Positions 13,904-24,200 of a stretch of DNA of 64,000 bases are shown here, piece after piece. Source of the DNA: Octopus bimaculoides (taxonomy: Eukaryota); the NCBI RefSeq assembly GCF_001194135.2, contig NC_068982.1:177887037-177951036 (forward strand). The letters are read 5' to 3'. A model generated the notes under the pieces. That model saw only the letters and a program-made list of their open reading frames with translations. It did not search any database and was not told the origin of the DNA. The position numbers and the translations under genes were made by a program. Within the stretch, counting starts at the first letter, position 1. Each line of letters begins with the position of its first letter.

Positions 13904-16900
13904 NNNNNNNNNNNNNNNNNNNNTATATATATATATATATATATATAAAGTAGATAGATATATTAAACAGTACATTAACTGGATGTCATGCCCGGAAAAT
14001 CTTTGTGCTATTTCTTGTTATAGCAGGTTTTGAAACACAAATTTTAACAAATAATATATACTTGTAACTTCATATATACATAAATCATGGTTGTAGGGTG
14101 TATTGTTGATGATAACAGTAGTACAAAATACATTCAAATACTAGCAAAAGTCTTTGACATTCTGTAAGTCAGAATGTATTCTATGTGGATGACATGTTGC
14201 ATGGAATGTTAAAAAACAGTGAAGAGAGGTATGAGATTCCTAAGAATGTATGGGGTAGAGGCAAGGGTGAAAAAAAACTGCTGTAGACATAACCACCGTG
14301 AGTTATATCACTTCATAAAATGAGGCTGCATTGGAACAATGAACTATGTGTTGAGCCATATGTAGGAAACTTAACTAAAAAGTTTCGGATCTTTTTTAAA
14401 ACGGGGGCCACATTTTTCATTAATGTTTTACGTAGTGTTTTTGGTACCGAAAGACTTTCAAACTTCGTATACTTATCTATTTTGTGTTATAGAAAAGAAA
14501 AATATTTTTGTATTCGAATTTATTTCATGTAAAAAATTGTCTTATTTCGATAATTTCAACCAATCACTGACAAGTATTCAGTTGTTTATATTTACTCCTT
14601 TGGCTGATTAAGCGATGTAAAGCGTATTTAATCTCCATACCTTCGTTTTATTTGCTTTTTTCATTTTAAATTTGCTTTAACCCTAACCCTAACCCTAACG
14701 TTAGGGTTAGGGTTAATTGTTTCAGAATCGTTTGTTTATGTAGTCGGCACTTAATGTATAACGGCTGAATGGACGTCAGTGATTGGTTGAAATTACAGAA
14801 ATACGACAACTTTAGCATGGAATAACTTATGGATTTCTTTTTTTTTCAAAGAAGACTAAGAGAAAAAGATGTTTTATATGACACATTCTACCAGTGTTCC
14901 AAGTTTCAAAGTGTTTCGTTAATGAAAAATGTGGCCCCCGTTTTAAAAAAGATCCAAAGTTTCTTGTATCAGATGTGGTCAGAGGCAAAAATTACAAGAA
15001 GAAAGCAGAAGAATGTAGCTCTGCAGAAACTATTCTGGTTGTAGTGTGGTATAGACATGGGGTAGGTGATTCTCTAGGACTACCTGTATCGTCTTTGATA
15101 TATTTGAAATGAGCGTTTGACCAGAAGTTGGCAGAGTCTCTGATGTTACTTTTCTTGAGGAAAGGTACATTTGCAATTATGTATTTTCAAAATTTGTGAT
15201 AGATAGTTGTAAAAAGAACAAAGAATGAAGGTTATAGAGGTCATCTCAGGTGCTATGTGCTTGAAGAGGGTTGCTGGAACTCTGTCTTAACTAATCACCT
15301 AGGAATAAAGAAGTTTCTACTCTTGACAACTAACTGTAAGCATGTGTTAGTGGAGTAATTAAGTCCCAGATAAACTATGCTTTGATATTGTCTTCTTTCC
15401 CTGTTGATATGGATTGACATCTTAAATTTAAACTGAATTTTTCTTTGTTACAGTCTGTAGAAAATGTTATTGGCTCCAATGCTTACCAACACAATAAAAT
15501 CAATCAGTGGACATCAAATGTTGTTGAACAGTGCCTGAGTCAACTCACAAAATTAAACAAACCTTTTAAATATATCGGTAAGTGTGAATTATTTTCCCCT
15601 ATAGTCTTATTACTTGTTATAATTATTTCTTTGAATACTCTCTATCGTTTTAATAATGAATCAATATTTTACAAAATTGGAATATTGTTTTCAGTTACCT
15701 GTGTAATAATGCAGAAGAATGGTGCTGGACTTCATACAGCAAGCTCATGTTTCTGGGATAACACCACAGATGGTATGTGTAGAGAATTTTAATTCTTATT
15801 TCCCTAAAACCACCTTTACTTTGAATCTAATATTCATTTTAATGTACTTTAAACATTGACTTTATGTAATGGGAGTAACTATTTTATTTTCCTAGTCATT
15901 GCACACCATTGTCTTTTCTTGTATAATCTGGTGTGAATATTAAAATAACTCAAGATGGTGAGCTGGCAGAATCAATGGCACACCAAACAAAATGCTGCTA
16001 AGCATTTGTCCATCTATGTTCTGAGTTCAAATTCCGTTGAGGTTGACTTTGCCTTTCATCCTTTCAGGGTCATTAAAATAAGTGTCAGTTGAACACTGGG
16101 GGTCAGTGTAATTGTCTTCCATGTCAATCAAAATTGCTGGCCTTGTATCAAAGTAAGAAAAGAATATTAAAATAACTCCAGGTTATGTCGTAGTTTTGTT
16201 TATATGAGGTAGAATGAGAATGTTCATAGCTTTTTTGTAATTTATAAACTCTACAGCTAAGGCAACTGTGTAGGGGAAGTGAGTTGAATTGGAATTTTAG
16301 TATTTATATGGTTGGTGGAAACAAAATGGATATCAAGAGACTTTCAGAGGGTACCATCAGTTCTAGGGAATTGAGCTTTGATGAGGTTGATGAGAAGCTT
16401 GTATGCAATTTATCAATTTTAAATATATCAACATTTAAAAAATGTTAATGTTATAAATCTTACTGGAGGAGAGCAATAAAATGTTTGACATCATAATTCT
16501 TTTTATTATTAAGTAATAGTCAAACAGTCTTGCTTGATATATAGGAATTTGATTTGAGTCAATAATGAGCACAAAAAGATATAGTAGGATCTCAAAGAAC
16601 CAGGATGTCAGATCTGATAGACTATGGTGCATTTATCCTCACTGATGATGAAGAGAAAGAAACTTGGAAATGTTATTTGAAAGGCTGCTTAATATAGAGA
16701 ACACAGGATATAAAGGCCCTGTCAGTGATAGTCACAGTAAAGTCGAAAATCTGGTAATGTAGAGATAGTGCTAGTCAAATGGTAAAGAAGTATCTTATCC
16801 AATGACTAGCATAGGTCTACCATCAACTACCATTACAAGAAACTATGGAAGCATCAAACTGATGGACCCAGTTACAAAGGTAATAGAATTATATAGCAGC

Positions 16901-17394
16901 ACAGCTGATTAGAAAGTGGATTAACTTAAGCAAGATGCCGTTCAGGTTTGTGCCAAGACAGTACAACTGATATATTCTTCCTAGTGAGGCAATTACAAAA
17001 GAAGTCCTTAGCCAAGGGTAAGCTACTATACTTAACATTGTCTTACTGGAAAAGACCTTTCATAGAGTATTATGTAATTTGGAGACTGTTAAGAGGTGTA
17101 GATGAATAGCTTGTGAGAGTTGGCAATGAATTCAACATAGAATTTAGTATGTAAGTAGGTGTCCATTAAGGTTCAATTCTTAGCCCCCTCCTATTTATAA
17201 TAGTTCTCTGGTCCATAAGAAGATTAACTTAAATGCAAGATAAGCTGGAAAAAACTTTAAACTTCTGATATACCTATATTATTTGCTATTTTAAATAAAT
17301 TTGTTATTTTCTTTTTATTTCAGGGAGCTGTACTGTCAAGTGGGAGAACAAAACTATGTATGTGATTGTGTCTGTGTTTGGGTTAGCTATATAA
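715..17394 (+). CDS. DYNLT1: Dynein light chain Tctex-type 1, complete 5-exon CDS, 113 aa
   Basis: Exons 715-741, 12026-12067, 15454-15577, 15695-15772, 17324-17394 (342 nt, all GT-AG, phases consistent) give [113 protein letters not shown], close to human DYNLT1 as recalled. Confidence 0.97.
1548..1588. repeat. (TA)n microsatellite
   Basis: Seen directly; others at about 13873-13947, 61256-61286 and 61622-61648. Confidence 0.9.
2760..4050 (+). mobile_element. RTE-clade LINE 3' fragment with tandem-unit 3' UTR and (GAT)n tail
   Basis: Translates to [41 protein letters not shown] and GRPGR-like C-terminal RT-region motifs with stops; similar copy at 31673-32728. Confidence 0.85.
4481..4700. 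mobile_element. piggyBac-type MITE (~220 bp)
   Basis: CCCTTTAG...CTAAAGGG termini flanked by TTAA at 4477-4480 and 4701-4704; related copies at 11003-11222 and 33241-33460. Confidence 0.8.
5150..6050 (-). mobile_element. Decayed RTE LINE RT fragment
   Basis: Minus strand gives [23 protein letters not shown] and [18 protein letters not shown]. Confidence 0.75.
6805..7020 (+). mobile_element. SINE (GACTTTGCCTTTCATCC family)
   Basis: Similar to 15953-16165 (+) and 50450-50670 (-). Confidence 0.55.
7600..9790 (-). mobile_element. Decayed CR1/Jockey-like LINE RT
   Basis: Minus strand gives [33 protein letters not shown] and HSYAYN (decayed YADD). Confidence 0.75.
11003..11222. mobile_element. 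piggyBac-type MITE copy 2
   Basis: TTAA-CCCTTTAGCA...TGTTAATGGG-TTAA; internally similar to 4481-4700. Confidence 0.75.
12026..12067 (+). CDS. DYNLT1: DYNLT1 exon 2 ([14 protein letters not shown])
   Basis: TTTCAG acceptor, GTAAGA donor, 42 nt. Confidence 0.95.
13438..13765 (-). mobile_element. Young RTE-tail short retroposon
   Basis: Nearly identical by eye to 44170-44437 (+); (GAT)n tail. Confidence 0.85.
14387..14955. mobile_element. TIR non-autonomous element with central telomere-repeat palindrome
   Basis: 37-bp perfect inverted repeats at 14387-14423 and 14919-14955; 21-bp inner inverted repeat at 14551-14571 and 14775-14795; (CCCTAA)n-(TTAGGG)n centre at 14677-14716. Confidence 0.8.
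15454..15577 (+). CDS. DYNLT1: DYNLT1 exon 3
   Basis: TTACAG acceptor, GTAAGT donor; [18 protein letters not shown]...KPFKYI. Confidence 0.97.
15695..15772 (+). CDS. DYNLT1: DYNLT1 exon 4
   Basis: TTTCAG acceptor, GTATGT donor; [21 protein letters not shown]. Confidence 0.97.
15953..16165 (+). mobile_element. SINE (GACTTTGCCTTTCATCC family)
   Basis: GGTGAGCTGGCAGAATC head, GAGTTCAAATTCC B-box-like; similar to 6805-7020. Confidence 0.65.
16330..17230 (+). mobile_element. Decayed RTE LINE RT fragment
   Basis: [29 protein letters not shown] and LEKTFHRV-like motifs. Confidence 0.7.
17324..17394 (+). CDS. DYNLT1: DYNLT1 exon 5 (to stop)
   Basis: TTTCAG acceptor; [22 protein letters not shown] then TAA. 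Confidence 0.97.
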
Positions 17395-17660
17395 ATTGTG
17401 AAAATGAAACACTTGGTATTAAAACCTTTACATGGAAAATTAAGTTTATGCAATTTTACTTATTTATATTATGTCAAATATTTATTTTCTCTTTATACAT
17501 CAGTGTTATATTATCCTTTGTAAAATTAATATTTTATCTTTAATTGCTTTATCTAGATAGAGATATCTAAAATACAAACTAAACCAATGAGTTTTAATTA
17601 TTTAATATCGTTAAAAGAATAAGATACAGGTGCCAATCAAATGTTCTGAATAGTATGAAA

Positions 17661-18244
17661 TTAGTAATTCTTCAAAGAATTTACGTTTTTCACTAGCCTC
17701 GTATCTACAATAGTAGGTTTAGGTTGTTTAGGCAATGAATCTTGCTGAACCAATATTTCACTTACTGAATCATTCTGAAATGTAACTGCAGGATAATTTA
17801 CAGGCATTTCTAGTGGCACACTTGATGTATTTTGGTTTGGTGTATTATACTGAGGTGGAGCAGTAAATATTGGAGAAAATGGCTGAGTAGAATTCAAAAT
17901 TGGTTGTTGCTCCTGGTGAGTAGAATTAGGAAGAGAACTGCTTTCTGATGAAATCAGTGATGAATTATCTACAGAATTTAGTTTCCTTGTCTCTCCTGGA
18001 AGTGGAATATTTGCTGTATCTATCGGATTTAACTGCATACAATTGTCATCCATTTTAACTGTTTGCTTTCTGCTCATTTTACTTTTCTTTCTTTCTTGGA
18101 GTACATAGCAATCCTTATATTGTCTCTTTGGCAAATTCATTTCTTTAGAAACATTATTATTGTAACAATCTGGTGGTGGAGCAAATTCATAATTTCTTTC
18201 ATCCCGCCTTTGCTTAAAATATTCTTTTTCTCTTTCAAAAAATT
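17661..18244 (-). CDS. CCDC174: CCDC174 exon 11 (to stop)
   Basis: RRDERNYEFAPPPD then long S/N/Q/P-rich tail; matches ORF-track 17661..18302 from codon 21. Confidence 0.92.
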
Positions 18245-21200
18245 CTGATGGAAAAGAAAAGAAAATGATACAAACTTTAAATTCATGGTTTGTAAAAATC
18301 ACTTTTCTTCATTATATTTTGTTAAATATATGTAATCAATTAGTTGTACTAATTGATAGATTTTCTATAAATCTTTATTAAGTTTGTGATTAAACTTACT
18401 TTCTCAAAGGAGTGTTTAAAAGAATGTAAACGTGACTGTCATACTGAAACAACAGAAGGTAACTATTCTTAAAAACACAAATTCTCAGTTAAGACATAAA
18501 AGAATGCTGTTTAGCTCTTAAACTAACAAATTGAGTGAATAAACTAAAAGTTCCTTACTGTCTTTTCCAATGTCCCACTCTCTCACTGGAAATGAATTTT
18601 TTGGAAGAGGTTCAATTCTCTTTACAGGTTCCTCTTTCTGCTTTTCAGATTCATTTTCTTGTTTTAAATTTTCATCTAAAACTGAAGATAAATTATATTA
18701 AAACAAAACTATAAAAGTATATCTGATTTGTTTCATTTTTTTTTAATCCTTTAGATTTAATTTCTTTTCATTCTTTATTTCATAAATTATAATAAATCTC
18801 AAAATATTTTCATGAGTATATCAGTTTAAATATTTCCATATGAATATTTCTGGGTACCCACATGAACTCCACAGTCTACCAAGAAGCTACTCTATGTGAA
18901 AGAAAAATGACTTTGAATAAAAACTAGGTGTTTGGCAGAGACACTTTAGTCCTGACTTTCACATGTCACTGACATGGGTGCCAGTGGCACGTAAAAAACA
19001 TCATTTGAGTGTGGCTGATGCCAGTGCCACATGACTGGCACATAAAAAGCACCATTTAAGCATGGCCAATGCCACCTGACTGGCACATAAAATACACCAT
19101 TTGAGTGTGGCTGATGCCAGTGGCACAGAGAAAAACACCCACTACACTTTCGGAGTGGTTGGCAATAAGAAGGGCATCCAATTGTAGAAACCTTGCCAAA
19201 TCAGATTGGAGCCTGGTGCAATCTCCCGGCTTGCCAGACCTCAGTCAAACCATCCAACCCATGCCAGCATGGGAAGTGGATGTTAACATTGATCATGATG
19301 ATGAAATAACCACTCTAGTGCTTGTGACGCAATAAAATGCACCCAGTCTATATCTTAAAGTGGTTGATAATAGACAGGGCATCTATCTGTAAAAAAGAAA
19401 CAACAGTCTCAATTAATGAAAAATCTCAAAGTGTAATACCATTTTGGTGCTGCACATGTTAATAAAGTAGGTGGTGACTGGGAGCACCTCTTAACTATTA
19501 TCAAAGGATAAGAAATGCTACGATAAAAGGTTGCTGAATGAGGAGAGTGTGTGGGGCTACCCAGATAGATTCAAAAGCACCAGCTATTGAGAGTGGGGAC
19601 CATATGAATGAAGAGACTATTAAAGCTATCAAGACAGGAAAGTTAACAGGACCATCCGGGATATTTGCCAGGATGCTAAAATTTTCTGGTGAAGAGATGC
19701 TCCAGCTACTTGTAAGTCAATTGGAGTACATGGAAGTGCTACTCCCAATGATTGGCATAGCAGCAGCAACATCGACTGATTCAAGGACAAAAGAGATACT
19801 TTAGAAATTAGCTACTACAAGGGCATCAAATTAATGGACCAAGTTATGAACATGGTGGAAAAAGTAATAGTACAAAAAATTAAGGAGAAAATTGATGAAA
19901 TACAGTTCTGGTTTTTGCCAGGAGAGAATACCACTGATGTTCTTTTCTTACTGAGACAACAGCAGGATAATTGTTTAGCTAACAAGTTACTATACCTAGC
20001 ATCCATTGATAGAGAAAGCCTCTGACAGGGTGGATTGATGGTCACTAAATATGAAAAGTCGTGAGAAGTGTGTAAGCTATCTACAGGGAACTGTCAGCAA
20101 AGTGGATGATAGCAAGTTCAGTAAGGGATTTAATGTACAGGTAGGTGTCCATCAACTCTTAGTTCTCAGCTCTCTCCTGTTTATTATAGTCCTCCAGGCC
20201 ATAACAGAGGAGATCAGAACCAACTGTTCAGGGAAAATCCTGTATGCCAACCACCTAGTTCATATAGCCAAAATTAGAGGAAAAGTTCCAAATGTGGAAG
20301 CAGAGCCTGGAACCTAACAAAAACAAAAAGACACATCGAGAAAAAGAACACAAAACTTACTGTCATCTGAGAAGGAACTACGCTTGACAGACAAGAAAGG
20401 AGTTGGTAAGGATTATGTATTGTGAACCTAGTGTAAATGATGAGTGCACAGATTTTGTATGTAACAGATGCACAAGTCTAGTTAGCAGTAAGAGCATCCA
20501 TGAAATAATCTCTTTCAGATGCCCCAGAAAGCTTGCTAAAAATAGTTAAAAGTTACCTAGGTGACCCAATAAACAGTCATGGTGGGTACTGTGATAACGT
20601 ATAGTCAAATTAAAGATTGACTGGAAGTTCACATAGCTATTCTGTTGGCAACAGAGATTTTACCCTAAGTGAAGAGCAGACTATGATATGTGATATTGCA
20701 TGGTAGAAAAAAGGGGCATGGTAGAAAAAGTGGAGAATGTGCAAAAAGCTGGATAGAAATGAGAATGCTGGATGTTGGCATGTGTAAGTGATGAAGTACA
20801 AAGGAACTGAGGATAACAGGAGTCGGCTTCAGTGTTCAAGAAAGACGGCATTGGTACAGATGTGTATGGAAAAATGACGGGTGAATAAGTTTCTAGTAAT
20901 CTGAGTAGACCCTTATGGAAGAAGGCATAGAAAGAAGCAGTGAAGACTGACCTCCAAATACTGAGATGAACAACTGCAACATGTAGCGAGACGATATACC
21001 GGAGAAGATCAATCTAACCCATATAAGCATGGAAAGACAAGCGTAAAAGGATGATGATGATTTATAAATTTGACATGAGGTCAAAAATATGTAACAAATG
21101 GATTGGCATATGAAAAGCACCATTCGAGTGTGGTTGATGCCAGTGCTGCCTGACTGGCTCCTGTGCTGGTGGCATGTAAAAAGCACCCACTACACTCTTG

Positions 21201-24200
21201 GAGTGGTTGGCATTAGGAAGGGCATCCAGCTGTAAAAACCTTGCCAAATCAGATTGGAGCCTGGTGCAGCCTCCCAGCTTGCCAAACCATCCAACCCATG
21301 CCAGCATGAAAAGCAGACATAAAACAATGATGATGATGATGAATTAAACCTTATATGGCAGGTACTTTTGTACCAACACCAGAAGGGTTAGAAATGAAAC
21401 CAAAGCATCAGGATTTGAACTCAAAACATAAGCATAATACTGCAAATCATTCGGCATGAGTACTGTTTCTGTTACTACCAAAAATAACCAATTGCAATTA
21501 AGTTGATTTTCATAATCTGAAATTGAACTTGTAAAAATTCATACCGGTTGTTGGCTCCTCTACTTCGGGTGGTAAGCCAAGTTTAGCTCTTTGACGATCT
21601 TTGACTTTTTTCAGACGGACTGCCATCATAGCATCACGCTTTTCTTTTAATAATTCCCGTTTGGTTCTTTCTTCTTTTGTCTAGTGTAAACAAGGTTACA
21701 AGTGATTAAGTAGAAGTTAGATATAGTGCCAAGAATATACCAGAAGCAAAACTGAAGGCCATCTTTGGTAATGGTGCAGTGCTAACAAATAATTTCTAAC
21801 TTTAACAGTGGTGATAAATTTAAAGGGAAAAGTATAATTCTGACGTCCTCAATTTAAGAGAGGTTCTTGTTTCACTGAACCTTCTAGGATGAAAGGCAAA
21901 GATGAGATTTTCAGGATTTAAATTAAGAACCTGAAGGGATGAGATTAAATACTGCAACACATTATAGGCTCTAAACAGTTCTGCCAACTGCCTTGACTCT
22001 AATGATGATAATAACAACCAAAATAATAATCACTTTTAAGTTTATCTCTACAGATTCTCTCTAGAATTTTAGAGCCAACACAGAAAGTTACGACTTTTTG
22101 TAAATGAATATGTCTATATAAACAATACGATCGAAGGTAGAAAAATAGATAATGGGTGTATATGCACATTTCGGGAGTTCTTGCTCTTTTTTCAGCACCA
22201 CATCCAACCCATTATCTATGAACACATTGCTTAAATACCCACTAAGTTTAATGGTGTAACATTATTGGATTGACCAATTTGCATATTAAACACATTCCTG
22301 GTACGTGCATATTAATTGCTGGTATGGCTGCAAAACGAAATACAGTGTCCCTAACAGCAAAATAATGTTTTTGTAGTTGTTTTCTTTTTTTCTTCTTTGT
22401 ATTAACCTCTAAGGATTCACAAAAACATGTACAGAACAATATAATGTGGGATTACATGAAAGAACATGTAAAAAGAATAACCATAATAAGAAAAAACAAC
22501 AAATAATACTGCGAATGAGTATATAGACAACTAAGCATATAGATACAAGCATAAATTAACAACCAAAGGTATTATCTTTAACAAAAGCATCATTAGATGC
22601 ATTTATAATAGAAGTATTTTCTTATAGCAAGATGCCCTTCTTGTTACTAATCTTTATCTCCTCTTGAAATAAAGGATCTGTTATTCCACACATCTTTGAA
22701 GATGTAAAAGCCAGAAAATGATTTATTGACAGAAGAAATGACAATGTCACTACTCATATCTCAATGATTTTCAGAGGAGAGAGAGAGCACTCCGTCGCTT
22801 ACGACGACGAGGGTCCCAGCTGATACAATCAACAGAACAGCTTGATCGTGAAATTAACATGCAAGTGGCTGAGCACTCCACAGACACGTGTACCCCTAAT
22901 GTAGTTCTCAGGGAGATTCAGCATGACACAGAGTGTGACATGGCCGGCCCTTTGAAATACAGGTACAACTCATCTTTGCCAGCTGAGTGGACTGGAGCAA
23001 CGTGAAATAAAGTGTCTTGCTCAAGGACACAATGCGTCGCTGAGAATCGAACTCACGACCTTACAATCGTGAGCCGAATGCCCTAACTACTAAGCCACGC
23101 GCCTTCACAGATTTTCAGAGGAACATAAATATAAACAAAAATACATATTCATATACATGCACACATACACAATAAGCTTCTTTCAGTTTTTAGCCTAACA
23201 AAACCACTCACAAGGCTTTAATCAGGTTAGGGCTATAGTAGAAGACACTTGCCCAAGATGCTGTGCAATGAGATTGAATCTGAAATCATGTAGCTGGAAA
23301 ATAAACTTCTTAACCATGCTGCCATGCCTTTAAATATCTTTAAAAAATACATTCAAAGCTTGCTCCCCAACCACATGGTTCCAGCTTCAGTCCCACTGCA
23401 TGGCACCTTGGGCAAGTGTCTTCTCCTATAGCCTCAGGCTGACCAAAGCCTTGTGAATGGATTTGGTAGACAGAAACTGAAAGAAGCCTGACGTATATAT
23501 GTGATATATGTGTGTGTGTCTGTGTGTGTCCCCCACCATCGTTTGACAACCGATGCTGGTGTGTTTATGTCCCCATGACTTAGCAGTTTGGCAAAAGAAA
23601 TCGATAAGAATAAGTACTAGGCTTATGAAGACTAAGTCCTGGGGTCAAATTGTTCGACTAAAGGTGGTGCACTAGCATGGCCACAGCCAAATGACTGAAA
23701 CATGTAAAAGAATAAAAGAATGTAAAAGCACCCAGCACACTGTTAAGTGGTTGGCATTAGGAAGGGCATCCAGCCGTAGAAACTCTGCCAAATCGGACAG
23801 GAGTCTGGTGCAGCTTGCCAGCCCTGGTCAAACCATCCAACCCATGCCAGCATGGACAACAGACATTAAAGGATGATGACGATTAACTCCTCCTCTTGAT
23901 AACTTCAAACAGGTTAGAAGGAAAAGCAATCTGCTTGATATAGGATCTAGTAAGGATAACTTAAGTATAATGAATAGATGTGGAAAGATAAAATTCATTT
24001 TATATCATGGTAAAGACATGATTTCACATTACCTGATAATTGAAATACTTCTCCCCAATCAATGTACTATATATTAACACACATATTTAATCAGTGGTAT
24101 CTCTTTTCACACACATTGCTGCCCACACATACCATGTGGTATCATCATCATTTAACGTCTACTTTTCCATGCTTGCATAGATCAAACAGAATTTGTTGAA

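Noticed and set aside
14677-14716. Ancient telomere-telomere fusion site
   Set aside because: Orientation is CCCTAA then TTAGGG, opposite to a fusion, and it is the centre of a TIR element
16640-16670. Other CTGATGA...GAAA hammerhead-like cores (also near 17944, 29731, 37251)
   Set aside because: No stem II or stem I/III complementarity around the core
22147-22218. Pre-miRNA-like hairpin (TAGATAATGGGT...ACCCATTATCTA)
   Set aside because: Only the basal 12 bp pair well; the upper stem is too mismatched
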